This document shows positions 40,879 to 54,306 of a stretch of 64,000 nucleotides of DNA, in pieces (within the stretch, counting starts at the first letter, position 1; every line of letters starts with the position of its first letter). Made by a program: the position numbers and the translations under genes. The notes under the pieces were generated by a model. The model was not told the origin of the DNA. It saw only the letters and a list, made by a program, of their open reading frames with translations, and made no database searches. The stretch lies in NCBI GenBank assembly GCA_951406725.2, contig OX597831.1:66092001-66156000 (forward strand), written 5' to 3'. Source of the stretch: Octopus vulgaris (taxonomy: Eukaryota).

Positions 40879-41296
40879 TAGGCGCAGGAGTGGCTGTGTG
40901 GTAAGTAGCTTGCTAACTGACCACATGGTTCCAGGTTCAGTCCCTCTGCATGGCATCTTGGGCAAGTGTCTTCTGCTATAGCCCCGGGCCGACTAATGCC
41001 TTGTGAGTGGATTTGGTAGACAGAAACTGAAAGAAGCCTGTCGTATATATGTATATATATATATATATATATGTGTATGTGTGTGTGTTTGTGTGTGGGG
41101 GTTTGTCCCTAGCATTGCTTGGCAACCGATGCTGGTGTGTTTATGTCCCCATTATTTAGTGGTTCGGCAAAAGAGACCGATAGAATATGTACTGGGTTTA
41201 CAAAGAATAAGTCCCGGGGTCGATTTGCTCGACTAAAGGTGGTGCTCCAGCATGGCCACAGTCAAATGACTGAAACAAGTAAAAGAGTAAAGAGTA
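40879..41296 (+). mobile_element. tRNA-derived SINE family B (GGCGCAGGAGTGGCTGTGTGG head)
   Basis: Box A/B, internal microsatellite, AGTAAAAGAGTA tail. Confidence 0.92.
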
Positions 41297-41580
41297 TATC
41301 AGCGACAAATTTTGTGAATCAGCGCAAAATGTGTTAGAGTCCGTTTGTATCATTTGCCTGTCATAAATGTCACGTTACCTTTTCAACACAACTGATTTAC
41401 CACACATGCATTAAAAGACAGTTTTGACAGTTAGTTCTTAAATAATGGTGTTTTCTCTGAGAATCCCTACTTCTTTTACAACAGCTATAAAGTGCTGAAG
41501 TAGTCTCCATAGTTAGCAGCATTGTTGCCACTCTCACAGCAGGACATGTATATTAAATTTGCAATATCTTTGCTGATGTA

Positions 41581-41993
41581 TACTCTTTACTCTTTTACTT
41601 GTTTCAGTCATTTGACTGCAGCCATGCTGGAGCACCCCTTTAATCAAGCAACTCGACCCCGGGACTTATTCTTTTGTAAGCCCAGTACTTATTCTATCGG
41701 TCTCTTTTGCCGAACCGCTAAGTAACGGGGACATAAACACACCAGCATCGCTTGTCAAGCAATGCTAGGGGGACAAACATAGACACACAAACACACACAC
41801 ACAAACACACATATATATATACTTATATACGACGGGCTTCTTTCAGTTTCCGTCTACCAAATCCACTCACAAGGCTTTGGTCGGTCCGAGGCTATAGTAG
41901 AAGACACTTGCCCAAGATGCCATGCAGTGGGACTGAACCCGGAACCATGTGGTTGGTAAACAAGCTACTTACCACACAGCCACTCCTGCGCCT
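41581..41993 (-). mobile_element. SINE family B, inverted partner of 40879-41296
   Basis: Full-length reverse-complement homologue. Confidence 0.92.
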
Positions 41994-43884
41994 ATGTAGG
42001 GATTTTTTTCCTTTACTTTTTCTAATTTAGTTCACTGGTGTAATTTAAAAGTAGTTAGTTTATAAGTTAGAAGGTATATGACAGAGAGCATTTTTAAGAT
42101 TATTGCAAGGGAAACTCCAAACTACTCCTGTGTATCAAGATTTTGTGTCTGTGTTTGGAATTTCTTCTATAATTCTTCAACAAATTCACCTTCAAGAACT
42201 TGGTGGTCAGCATACTGGAGCAAACAGTCTTAAACTCTGTTATTAGCAGGAAAAATAAAATCATAAACTGAATGGAAATGTGGAACAAACCATGAGGACC
42301 TAATTTACACCTGAACTCATTGGCTCTATCAGTACTCTTTATTTCCATGCACAAATCTATTCTGGCTTGCAGCAGATCTCCTCAGAGAAACAGCCAGTTG
42401 TCTCCTGTGCTATAAATCTGTAGCTTCTCTTTCTCCTTTTTGCATATACATCACTTTGTACTTGTTGAATCCCATCTCTGGCTGCGGGATCTTACGGCTT
42501 CCTTAATTTACTTCTCTAGATTGTCTTGTATCTTTAAGTCTGGGGTTGCTGATCATTGGTCTATGTTGATTGATACAGTCTTTTTCTGGGTAGGACTTAG
42601 TATTCACAATCAGTGGAAGAGTGTCAGTTCACAATTTCAGACATCATTTTCAAAATCAGCAAAGGAAAATTATTAAAAATAACCATTTATATTTCTGTAA
42701 TATTTTGCTTGAAAAATCATTCTAATCACCTTCCTGTCTTGTTGAGATATCTCTTTATCCAATTTTTTTTTATGTCCACATACATTTTCCTGACATTTAA
42801 TTTCGCTTCCCGTTATAGATATTGAAACTTGTATCTATAGAAATTAAAATATCTCGCTGATATTCTTTTCAGTTTTGAAAATTTAGCATAAGATTTTTTT
42901 TATTACTTACATTGATGCTAAATTTATGAGTTCTTGTTCAATAATTTAGCCATCATTTTGTGTACCTGACATTTGTGTTTTATTCCATTTGTGTTTAGTC
43001 TTTTATGTATTTGGAACTATTGCTGTCATTTCTTGTTATTATTTCACGTCTTCCCTGTATTTCACGCTCTTGTTCTATTTGTGGACCTTCTGTGTTAGTA
43101 TTCACTTTATTAATAATCTCAGTAAAGAAATTCTTATATTTTATTCCTTTTATTAATAATCCCAGGAAAACCTTTTCCTATTTTATTCAAAATAAAATTC
43201 TAACTGATTCACTTCATTTCTATTTGTATAATACTTCCATTGAACTTTTAGTCTTATTTCAATGAATAGAGACTCAACCTATGTGGTTTAGTTACTTCTT
43301 TCATTTTAGCTTAGAATGATTTCTATCTACTTGTCTTATAAAGGAATATATCTTATTTTTTATTTCAAATATTGTCCTTCATCTATTGCTTGTAATTATA
43401 GATTGAGAATAGTTTTGATATATATAGCTCATATATAATCTCTTTCAACATAAGCATAGTTACTATGTGTTAAAAAGACATCAGTAATCTTCTGTGACGT
43501 GTTTCTGAAGCTAGGTTGTACTTTTATCATCTTCAGGTTATTTAGTTCATATCTTTTGGGGACGGGGGGGGGGTCTTCTTGCTGAACTTTTGAGTAATGA
43601 TTGACTTTTAAATGTCATATACACAGTTCAAGTTGATGTGTGCAGCCATGCTAGATGTTCAGTGATATATCCAAGAAAGAAAAAAAATTAACTTCTATTT
43701 TCCAAAATTGAAAAATTTATACATTAAATTCTTTTACTAGTTTCACTCAATATAAATATAAACAAGGACACTCACACACATGCACACACACATGAGGAGT
43801 GGTCCAAAATATCGAACTCAACTTAATTAAAGATATGACAGCAGGAAAAGAATACTTTCCATACTGTCATATAAGTGCAATTAA

Positions 43885-44859
43885 CCTTTTTGTTACCCAC
43901 CCAGCAGAAACCAGCTCTGGCTCTGAGTACAAATGCCTTGTTTTCAAAAGTTTTGAAATGAAATCTTCCACCGAACCTTAGTCACAATTTATGTTCCTAA
44001 CACTAGCTGTATGATAACTAAGTTATTTTACTAAATTCCTTGTTATATTTAAAATAATTGAAAGAATCACAGAGCATCTCAAAATAAATACAGCAACAAA
44101 AGGGTTCAAATATATTATAGAGAAACAATTCTTCGCCCTTTTGATACCAACCTAGCTGAAACCACTTCTGGTTCTGTAGTACAAATGTCTTGTTTTCATA
44201 AGTTTTGAATTAAAATCTTCCACCAAACCTTAGTAACAATTTACGTTCCTAACACTAGCTGAATGATAACTAAGTTATTTTACTAAATTCCTTGTTATAT
44301 TTAAAGGAATTGAAAGAAACACAGATCATCTCAAAATAAATACAGTAACAAAAGGGTTAAAATATATAATTGAGAAACAATTCTTAGCCCTTTTGATACC
44401 AACCTAGCGGAAACCACTTCTGGCTCTGAGTACAAATGTCTTGTTTTCATAAGTTTTGAAATGAAATCTTCCATCAAACCTTAGTAACAATTTACGTTCC
44501 TAACACAAGCTGAATGATAACTAAGTTATTTTACTAAATTCCTCGTTATATTTTAAATAATTGAAAGAAACACAGATCATCTCAAAATAGATACAGTAAT
44601 GAAAGGGTTAAAATATATAATAGAGAAACAATTCTTCGCCCTTTTGATACCAACCTAGCAGAAACCACTTCTGGCTCTGTAGTACAAATGTCTTGTTTTC
44701 ATAAGTTTTGAAATGAAATCTTCCATCAAACCATAGTCACAATTTACGTTCCTAACACTAGCTGAATGATAACTAAATTATTTTACTAAATTCCTTGTTA
44801 TATTTAAAATAATTGAAAGAAACACAGATCATCTCAACAGAAATACAGTAATGAAAGGG
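43885..44859. mobile_element. Tetramer of piggyBac-like MITEs, ~252-bp period
   Basis: Four units with the same linker as the 23182 dimer; outer TTAA intact (43881, 44860); internal left-end sites read TTCG, TTAG, TTCG. Confidence 0.92.
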
Positions 44860-44979
44860 TTAAAATGGGTTCTCTTTTGGAAAAGTAGCTGTCTTTGTTG
44901 TCATCATCATCATACGTTTTTTTTTTCTCATGTTGGCAAAGGTTGGGCAAGTCTCACATCATCTTGGCACATAACAAAT

Positions 44980-45290
44980 TTTTTTTACAAAAACAAGCTA
45001 AATCTGTTGTCAAGTAAGTCCCCAAAGCAATAAAAACTCTAGGAAAAGCTGTGAATCGATTGTTTACTGCCAGATATTCCTGCAGAGATTGAGGTTTAAT
45101 GGCACTGAAAGGAAGAAAAGTTTTTAGAGTTTCAAGTTCTTTGACCAACAGATAACCATTCATGTTTCTAGTTGTTTTAATAACTACCCACTCCATCAGC
45201 GTTGTGTTTAAGTGTGGTTTCAGATAAAGCTGCCTCAAGGTCTGCAGTACACTTCCTAATTTCATAATGTTTTGATAATGTTTTAATAAT
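44980..45290 (-). mobile_element. hAT transposase C-terminal remnant
   Basis: GYLLVKELETLKTFLP...LQEYLAVNNRFTAFPRVFIAL resembles the hATC dimerisation region. Confidence 0.55.
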
Positions 45291-45299
45291 GTTTTAATA

Positions 45300-46171
45300 A
45301 TGCAGTATGCTTCCCAGTTTTCTAATTTAATACAACACATAGCTAACTCTATCCATAGCAGTATAAAGGCTACCATAGACTACCCCTCTAAGCACCCCAG
45401 GAGTAGATTACCTGTCCTAGATACTGAGCGACTACAACACATCCAGCACTACATATGCACACAGTACAACAGAATTAGAGTGTACAAAGGAGCGAAAACA
45501 TTCTAAGAGATGATGAAAACGGCATATGCCCCCTATACTGCAACAAGTTCTGGAATAGGTTAGAGAGGGACACCAACAAAAGAAATAAAAACAATACTTG
45601 GTATGATAACAAGAAGTTTCACAGTGTAATGTCTGTTGCCGCCACACCTAAGAACAAATTAAGTAAGGCATTCAAGAAAATCCTGCGCACAACTAGCTTT
45701 AAGATCAAAGTTGTAGAAAAGGCAGGTAGGACTATCAAATCTGTATTATGTAGATCATATCCATTTGATAGAATCACATGTCAAAATAATTGTGTAGTAT
45801 GTTCTACAAACCCACATATGAACTCCAAAACCAAGAGCACTGTATACCAGATTAAGTGCCAAGATGGAGCTTGCGCGACTAACCCAGAGTCATACATTGG
45901 TGAGACTTCTAGGAGTATCAATGATAGGTTCGAAGAACATCTGGACAACTACATTGAAAAGAAACCAAACTCCATCTTCTATCAGCATGCTGTAGACTGC
46001 CACAAGGGCTCCTTAGGGAGACTTAAGTTAAACATCTTATCCACACATCCCACTGATGCAATGCTGAGACAGGTCAATGAAGCTGTTTGTATACAGGAAT
46101 ACAAACAAATTCTCAACTGTAACCCTGAATGGGGTAACATCCAGATTCCACTCGGGAGTACCCCACTATAG
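45300..46171 (+). mobile_element. Penelope-like element fragment (RT thumb, Cys-rich linker, GIY-YIG endonuclease)
   Basis: NSIHSSIKATIDYPSKH..RLPVLD; CxxxCxxC linker; VYQIKC..C...YIGETSRSINDRFEEH...H...H...EA.CI...LN. Confidence 0.88.
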
Positions 46172-46261
46172 CCACCCCTTTCTCTCATCTACATGTGGAA
46201 ATCCATACATACATGTTGAGATGCATGATACTAAAATACATATATGTAGATATATATAATG

Positions 46262-46592
46262 CGAGCAAAGGTCTTTCCAACAGTGCTTAGAAGAGATATT
46301 CCACAGTAATTGTTACAATCACCACGGTCACCTTTGTTTTTGTAAAGTGTAGTGATGTTAGCATCCCGCATATCCTGAGGGACTGTACCCTCTTCCCAGC
46401 ACTGATACAGAAGCTCATGAAGGTGCCAATGCAGGATGGTGTTTTTGCTGGTTTTGATGATCTCTGAGGGGATGCCGTCTTTTCACGGAGCCTTGTTACT
46501 GGCTAGGGAGTCAACAGCCTTGGTGAGCTCTGCTATAGATGGCAGACTGTCAAGTTTGCACATGACTGGCAAGATCTTGACACCCTCGACTG
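46262..46592 (-). mobile_element. RTE/BovB-like RT fragment
   Basis: Minus-strand CWEEGTVPQDMRDANITTLYKNKGDRGDCNNYCGISL. Confidence 0.85.
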
Positions 46593-47327
46593 CAAATTAA
46601 ATTTAAATGTTGAAGTGAATCTAATGGTATTTGTGTGTTTTTGAATGGCTTATAAACACCTTCCATGCTGCAATTGTTTTAATTTAATAATGTTTCACAT
46701 AAATCTCCTATGCTACTTTCAACTTTCATAAACTTTATGAAATGTTCATAAGCACCTGGTGTTCCTATCTTCATAATAATAATCTATTTCTATACAAATT
46801 AAGTGGCAAAAATTATAAGTAGCTGAGCTATTTATGATGGCCTGACAGACCTTGCTAGGCACTCATTTTACAAAAAATAAATATCACAGTTAAATAAGAC
46901 ATTTGTTGAAAGTCATGGGGTAAATCCACTTGTGACATAGAAAGATAAAAAGAAATATGTGGATATTTTTGCTTGATACCAGTCAAAGAGTTTAATTCGT
47001 TATAGCATCTTCCACTTGAGCATGTGCACAGGACCCTCCCTTGGCACAAGACCCAATTTGAATGCTCCTGGATGTATTGCCTGCTCTGCGGCTTGAAAAG
47101 TCCACGTTTCTTTATTCTTTTTGTTTCTTGGCATATTTTTTTCATGGCTGGGTGGCTTTCCTATCAGCAATTACTTTACAGTGTGGACTAAGTTAATTCT
47201 ATCTTGCTCTTGGCACTTGAGAAATTGTCTACACCAGGACTAAAGCATCTTCTTCACACTAATTTAAATAAAACTAATCAATGTGGAAGACTACCATGAA
47301 AATGAAACAAAATTTATGAATATTGTC

Positions 47328-47729
47328 CATGTGGCTGTGTGGTAAGTAGCTTGCTTACCAACCACATGGTTCAGGGTTCAGTCCCACTATGTGGCACCTT
47401 GGGCAAGTGTCTTCTACTATTACCTCAGGCTGACCAAAGCCTTGTGAGTGGATTTGATAGACGAAAACCGAAAGAAGCCCTTTGTATATATGTATACATA
47501 CATATGTGTGTGTGTATGTTTGTGTGTCTGTGTTCATTCCCCCCAACATCGCTTGACAACCGATGCTGGTGTGCTTACGTACCCGTAACTTAGCGGTTCA
47601 GCAAAATAGACCGATAGAATAAGTACTAGGTTTACAAAGAATAAGTCCTGGGGTCAATTTGCTCGACTAAAACAGGCGGTGCTCCAGCGTGGCCTCAGTC
47701 AAATGACTGAAACAAGTAAAAGAGTAAAA
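47328..47729 (+). mobile_element. SINE family B
   Basis: Homologous to 40879-41296. Confidence 0.9.
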
Positions 47730-48174
47730 TTTAGTATACAATTATACAATTACTATTCAAATATTTTGGATGCAAAACCATTGGTCCCTCTATGACCAGA
47801 CATATATTTACCTGCATGTAAATGCATTAATGCTCTATCCTTTAGAGTGTGCTTCTTTTTCGGATATATGATCTCCTGACAATGCTATCCATATATATAT
47901 ATATATATATATATTTAATATACCTTATATATTTAGGATGCATTTATATATTTAATATCCATTTATATATTCAATATTCATTTAGTATTCATACATATAT
48001 ATCTATTTAGTATGCAATTAATATTCATATATATCATCATCATTATCATGTAGTGTCCACTTTCTATGTTGGCGTGGGTTAGATGGTTTGACTGGAACTG
48101 GTAAACTAGAGAGTTGTACCAGGTTCCAGTCTTGTTTGGAATGGTTTCTACAGCTGAATGCCCTTCCTAATACC

Positions 48175-48221
<47 letters not shown>

Positions 48222-48224
<3 letters not shown>

Positions 48225-48727
48225 CCTCCTTCATGAATGACCATAGAATTGCACCTAGAAAGTTACCCTCCGAGGTACAAGTCTGGGCAAGGTTGTTTAT
48301 GGAAGACCAGCAGTCGCCCATGCATACCAGTCTCCTCTCTCCATGCCACTGATGTTATCCAAGGGAAAGGCAAAGGGGCCGATACAGCTTGGCACCATTG
48401 ACGTCGCAGTTCATTTATTAACGTGCAAGTGGCTGAGCACTCCACAGACATGTGTACCCTTAACGTAGTTCTCAGGGAGATTCAGCGTGACACAGAGTGT
48501 GACAAGGCTAGCCCTTTTGAAATACAGGTACAACAGAAACAGGAAGAAAGAGTGAGAGAAAGTTGTGGTGAAAGAGTACAGCAGGGTTCACCACCACCCC
48601 CTGCCAGAGCCTCGTGGAGTTTTAGGTGTTTTCGCTCAATAAACACTCACAATGCCCGGTCTGGGAATTGAAACCGCGATCCTACGACCGCGAGTCTGCT
48701 GCCCTAACCAGTTGGCCACTGCGCCTC

Positions 48728-48729
<2 letters not shown>
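48222..48729 (-). mobile_element. SINE with family-A head/core and a third type of 3' tail
   Basis: tRNA-like head at ~48650-48729; shared CCACAACTTTCTCTCACTCTTTC core; then unrelated 3' sequence ending in (CA)n. Confidence 0.85.
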
Positions 48730-48769
<40 letters not shown>

Positions 48770-49211
48770 ATATATATATGTGTGTGTGTATGTATGTCTG
48801 TATGTATGTATGTATGTATGTATGTATGTGTGTGTGTGTTTGTGTTTGTATATATATATATGTGTGTGTGTATATTATATATATAAATATTAGTTGTATA
48901 TATATATAGTTAGTACCCTTTTAGTATCCATTTGTATATTCAGTATACAAGGAGAATCACATAAGATTCCTCAGATGTTCCCCACTAACTGTTGGGTAAG
49001 GTTATGTTAGTTAACTAAGAAATGTAATCTTAAAGATGGTATTTACTTATTTTCAGAGTCCATAGACAAAAATCCATCTTTAAAAATACTATATCATTCA
49101 AATACATAAACCTTTATGTAAGGTGTAACATTGCCTATTAAAAAGTAAGACGGTTTCTCCCTTGTCTTGATATAACTTACTTTGTAACAGTTACAATAGC
49201 TAACAGAATTC

Positions 49212-49263
49212 GGATCTTTTAGGTTTGAACGGCAGTTTTTTCTAGTGGTGTCATATGAAATTG
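49212..49263. mobile_element. Isolated left end of the Merlin-like MITE
   Basis: GGATCTTTTAGGTTTGAACGGCAG...GAAATTG, then cut off by other repeat sequence. Confidence 0.8.
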
Positions 49264-49481
49264 AGTGTGTTTGTTATTCCTTGTACTGACATCTTTGCGA
49301 TTGTTGTGAATGAATGTCGTTCATTTCCATTATTCTGTGAACACCTGTCCAGCCATGGGGGAAATATTACCTTACTTGGAAATAAGTAAGGGTCGGTGAC
49401 AGGCAGAGCATCTGTCCATAAAAAGAATTTGTATTATAAAACACTTTTCACCTATGCAAGCATGGCAAAATGAATGTTAAA

Positions 49482-49482
49482 A

Positions 49483-49513
<31 letters not shown>

Positions 49514-49530
49514 GATGGTGATGAAGATGA

Positions 49531-49564
<34 letters not shown>

Positions 49565-49629
49565 GGTGGTGATGATGATGATGGTGGTGGTGATGATGAT
49601 GATGGTGGTGATGATGGTGATGATGGTGG

Positions 49630-49660
<31 letters not shown>

Positions 49661-49689
49661 GATGATGATGATGATGATGATGATGGTGC
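49482..49689. repeat. Compound (GTT/GGT/GAT)n trinucleotide tract, an expanded SINE tail
   Basis: Follows ...GAATGTTAAA of an RTE-type SINE tail. Confidence 0.9.
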
Positions 49690-50179
49690 ATCAGAAGTAA
49701 TAGTTATTACTGAAGGTCATTAGACAATGGATGTTATTTCCTGTCAGGCCATCTTTGTGTCCTTGTAGCTGTTACAAAATAAGTTGGTTAAATGAGAATG
49801 TTTTTTTTTTTTAAATACTTCAACAATGTTCCTGCAAGACTTGTAATGTATTAACTTTGCTCTTGAAGCATGTTTATGAAGTTGGATGTTATTCATGGTT
49901 TATTCATAGTTCCAGGATATCACTGCACCAGGTGAGATTGTATTGTTGAAGAATTTACTGAATGACAGAACGGCATCAGAATTTTGTAGTGATAAAAAGA
50001 GTTAGAGGAAGAAATAGATGAAGGCATTTTAGAGGAGATCAAATTGGCAAAAGTAGGTGCTCATATTCTAATGAATCCATCTGAGGAGTTGGAAAGTAAT
50101 GGTAGGAAGAACATTTATGACGCTAATGAATCTGAAGTTTGTGTTGAGTGCAAACATTGTTTTTAAGATAACAGAATTC

Positions 50180-50578
50180 AGATCTTTTCGGTTTGAACGG
50201 CAGTTTTTCTAGCGGTGTCATATGAAATTGTCACCCATAATTAGTATCGATCTATTGCATTTCAATCTGTTTTAGGGTTAGGGTTAGGGTTAGGGGTGGG
50301 GAGAAGGGTATCTTTTTTTTCTTCACAAATGTAAATAAACCCAATCTGTTTCTTAAACGGCACAGAATGTTTTTTACCTCGATGGACGTCATCGATTGGT
50401 TGAAATTGCAGAAATTGAACAAAAAAAACAACAAATATCTTACAAACTATAGAATTTTCTCAATAAAGCCAAGAGAAAAAGATGTTTTATAAACACATTC
50501 TACCAGTATACGAAGTTTAAAAGTGTTTAGTTATGTGGAAATTATTTTAAAAAACTGCCGTTCAAACCAAAAAGATCC
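50180..50578. mobile_element. Merlin-like TTAGGG MITE, copy 3
   Basis: Both TIRs and (TTAGGG)4 present; no matching TSD. Confidence 0.85.
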
Positions 50579-51684
50579 GAAATGTTTCATTAGAGAAGAT
50601 GCAACCAGACAGAATGCAGAGAAGTATTTCAAGTGAGAAAATTCTTTGACAAACTCGATGCTGTTATAGGATTTGCAGACTGGAGAGTTATATTTGTTTT
50701 CACTTTTAGAAATATTCTTTTACTGGTTTCAGTCATTGATCCATCACTAAGCAAGACCTCAGTCCTTGCTTTATCAACTGTGACAGAATGAAAGACAAAA
50801 TAGAACTGGGTTAGATGTTATTGAATATCACATGATGTTCTGTCAGATGCTCTACCAACTCTGTCAGTCACTCAGTGAATCCTTCAGAGAATAGCATTTT
50901 GCAAATTTAGATTTTAAGTTGTCTCAACAATTGTTGCTTGATGAGATATAAGTTAGTTTGTTTAGTGGGAAGATGTTGATACTATCTATATTTAATAAAG
51001 AACTGTCAGCTGTTAACTGTCAAGGTAACTTAGTTGTGTTATAGATAAACATAACATTTATAAATCCTCAAAATGTGGGGTGGCCTTGCTTACTAGAAAT
51101 AGCAGCCAAATCTCTCTCAAACCATACCTTGCTATCTTATAAATTACTATAGATAGCGCTGTTTAGGATTATCTATTTATGAAAATGATTGGAAGGATCA
51201 TGGCTTGCATGCTTTTCATCAGAGGTTTGCTTGATCAAGGCGAAATTATGACTGAAATATAACAAGTAAACATGCATCAATATATTTGTAGCTTTCAAAG
51301 CTGGATGTGTCTGTGTATATTTAGTGTATGTCTGTTTTAATGCCACAGCTTCTTTGTCAGTTGTTGTTGTTGTTGTTTAGCTTGTGCTGCATAATTCCAA
51401 ATGTATGAAAGTCTGGCTCCAATGTATAGCTGTATCTCTTGCTTAAAAATGGACAACCAGAAATAATATGGTTATAATTGTCCAGCAATCTCTGTAGTTG
51501 CAGCAGTCTCAGTGCAAATCTTTACCATATTACTATAACAGAATTTTAAAAAAAAACACCCTACCCTCTGCTTTAAACAACCCACTGAACAAGAGAATGG
51601 ACAATTAAAAATGCAGTCCTCTTTTCAGAAGCTAGGTTACTTCAATGTACAATGGTGTTATTTGGTCAGTATTTGAAATAGTTC

Positions 51685-51890
51685 GTGCTGCCAGTGGCAT
51701 GTAAAAAGCACCCACTACACTCTCAGAGTAGTTGGCGTTAGGAAGGGCATCCAGCTGTAGAAATTCTGCCAGATCAAGATTGGAGCCTGGTGCAGCCATC
51801 TGGTTCGCCAGCCCTCAGTCAAAATCGTCCAACCCATGCTAGCATGAAAAGCAGACGTTAAACGATAATGATGATGGTGATGATGATGTA
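51685..51890 (+). mobile_element. SINE family D
   Basis: Family D core with (GAT)n tail. Confidence 0.85.
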
Positions 51891-51934
51891 ATAGGTGCAC
51901 TAAATATCCACTTATTACAACTAGTTTGAATATA

Positions 51935-53168
51935 CATGGTCTGATCAATAAGTATCCGGACTGTTCCCATAGCAACAAAGCTAAAGCACACAGTGTGAAG
52001 CTGCTTGGCACAGATTGACCTTGACCTTTGCTGTGCATGCGCACAAAGTTTTAACGTTCTAGCTCACTTCCACTGTTTACAGCAGTGCTTGGAAGGAAGG
52101 TGTGTAGTATGTGATCATCGCATTGACCATGACAGAGAAAGTTCAGGAGAGAATCTGCATCATATTTTGCCAAAAGCTTGGTGATACCTGATCAGAGGCT
52201 TACGCAAAGTTTTCAAAACATTTTCCTCGTTCTTGACACAATCAAAGACATCTTATGCAGCTGAAACCCAAGTGTCCTTTTGGTCAGCTGAAAGCAGTTT
52301 TGGCACAAACTCGGCAGACACACGTCTCATACCGAAATCTTCAGTGATAATGGACTGAACCATAACTAATCTTGCACATCCTCTGATAACTCACAGAGGG
52401 CGATTCCCCTCACAGCTGCACACACATCTGCAATGTTTTTCTCTGTTCTGCTGGTTGCAGATCTGATCTCCCAGAACATTCATCAATATCAACATCTGAA
52501 CTCCTCATACACTTGTGTGCAGCTCATACACTCCTCTCCATACACTTTCTGCAACTACTCACCTTCCTTCCAAGCATTACTGTAAACAGTGGAAGAGGGC
52601 TAGAATGTTAAAACTTAGTGCACAGGCACAGCAGAGTTCAAGGTAAATCGGATCTTTTCGGTTTTAACGGCAGTTTTTTCTAGCGATGTCATATGAAATT
52701 GTCACCCATAATTATGACCCTAGTATCGATCTATTGCATTTCAATCTGTTTTAGGGTAAGGGTTAGTTAGGGTTAGGGTTAGGGGTGAGAGGAAGGGTAT
52801 CTTTTTCTTCACAAATGTAAATAAACCCAATCTGTTTCTTAAACGAGGGACATATTCATACAGCACCGAGTGTTTTTTTTACCTCAATAGACGTAATTGA
52901 TTGGTTGAAATTGCAGAAATTGAACAAAAAAAACAACAAATATCTTACAAACCATAGAATTTTCTCAATAAAGCCAAGAGAAAAAGATGTTTTATAAACA
53001 CATTCTACCAGTATACGAAGTTTAAATTTTTTTAGTTACCTAGAAATTATGTTAAAAACTGCCATTCAAACCGAAAAGATCCGGTAAATCTTTACCAAGC
53101 AACTTCACCCTGGGTGCTTTAGCTTCATTACTATAGCCACATTCCGGATACTTATTGATCAGACCTCA
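51935..53168 (-). mobile_element. Fold-back mariner derivative, complete, carrying a nested MITE
   Basis: TA TSDs (51933-51934, 53169-53170); TIR GGTCTGATCAATAAGTATCCGGA extends as a long inverted repeat; internal transposase remnant is in the opposite orientation to the 30646 copy. Confidence 0.88.
52650..53082. mobile_element. Merlin-like TTAGGG MITE, copy 4, nested in the mariner TIR
   Basis: Perfect 8-bp TSD GGTAAATC (52642-52649, 53083-53090). Confidence 0.92.
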
Positions 53169-53704
53169 TATGTTTCATTTGGTAAGAGTGTCCTCTCTCA
53201 TTGCATCTTTCCCAATCAGTTTCAGTATTGTTACTAATATAAATTGAACAAACATGACCCAATCTTATTTTTCTCTTCGTAAATTTTTTATTTTGGTTTC
53301 TTGGGCATATTTTAATCCCTGAAATTTATTTCATTATTTTGAAATGTGTTGCATTTATTTGAATTGATTTAATAATAATGAATAAATGAAATTAGAAAAA
53401 AGTTTGCTGAATTATTTAATTAGTGTACATAAGATCTGTATCTCAATATTTCTTACATCAAATTTGTCTTACATTCTTCTAGTATCAATAACGAACAGTG
53501 TCAATCACATGCTAAATTTGATTTGTAACAAGTTAAAAATTGATCATGTGCAAAGTGAAAAGTTCACCTCGTACTCAATCAAAAATGGTCAGCTATAAAT
53601 GTATGAGAGCAAAAAAGAAAATTATTACTTTTTTTTTTCTGAATATCTGTGTTTTAAGTATGAATTATGCTTTATCTTCTATTTTTCTACTTTTTCAATC
53701 ACAG

Positions 53705-53725
53705 ACAACATTTGGGAGATCAAAG
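53705..53725 (+). CDS. 21-nt microexon 2, (R)QHLGDQ(R/S), phase 2-2
   Basis: TTCTATTTTTCTACTTTTTCAATCACAG|ACAACATTTGGGAGATCAAAG|GTATAT; long AG-free pyrimidine tract; TE-free flanks; same length, phase and xHxG[ED]x pattern as microexon 1. Confidence 0.65.
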
Positions 53726-54306
53726 GTATATATTTCTCTCTTTGTTTAAGTGGTTTTGTAGTGACATTACTGTAAAATCTTGTTAGTTTTACATCTTTAC
53801 CGTTCGTAGCAAGCACATTGCATGAATATTTTATATTTTAAATTATTCTGAGAATAAAACATCAGAATAATTTATATAATGTTTAAGTATGATGTACCAC
53901 TGTATAAACTGGAGTTTTACAAACTAAACTACTAATTATGCCTGAATCAGTTCTGTATTTTCACTGTTTTTTATTTGTTAAATAGCTGTGTTCAGCCATA
54001 CTCTACTAAAAATCTCACATGTAGCTATTTAAATACATTAGGCATGATTAGGTTTAAACTTACCTTTGTCTATGTGTTTTTTGCCATCTTATATACAATA
54101 TTCAATGTACAGTCTCACTGGGAAATTGATAATCATGCAGAGGTATACAGAATGTATATATGGTTGTTACAGCTTATTCAATTTATTTTTTACATAAATT
54201 TTGGAACATTATTATTGTAGATGTGCATACGTGTGTAGTTATTTGGTTTCTCATCAATAGCATTGGGGTATATAGTTGATTGCATTCTGTTGATATACAT
54301 AAAATT

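Noticed and set aside
49452-49700. Poly-His and poly-Met/Val ORFs
   Set aside because: Expanded trinucleotide tail of a SINE.
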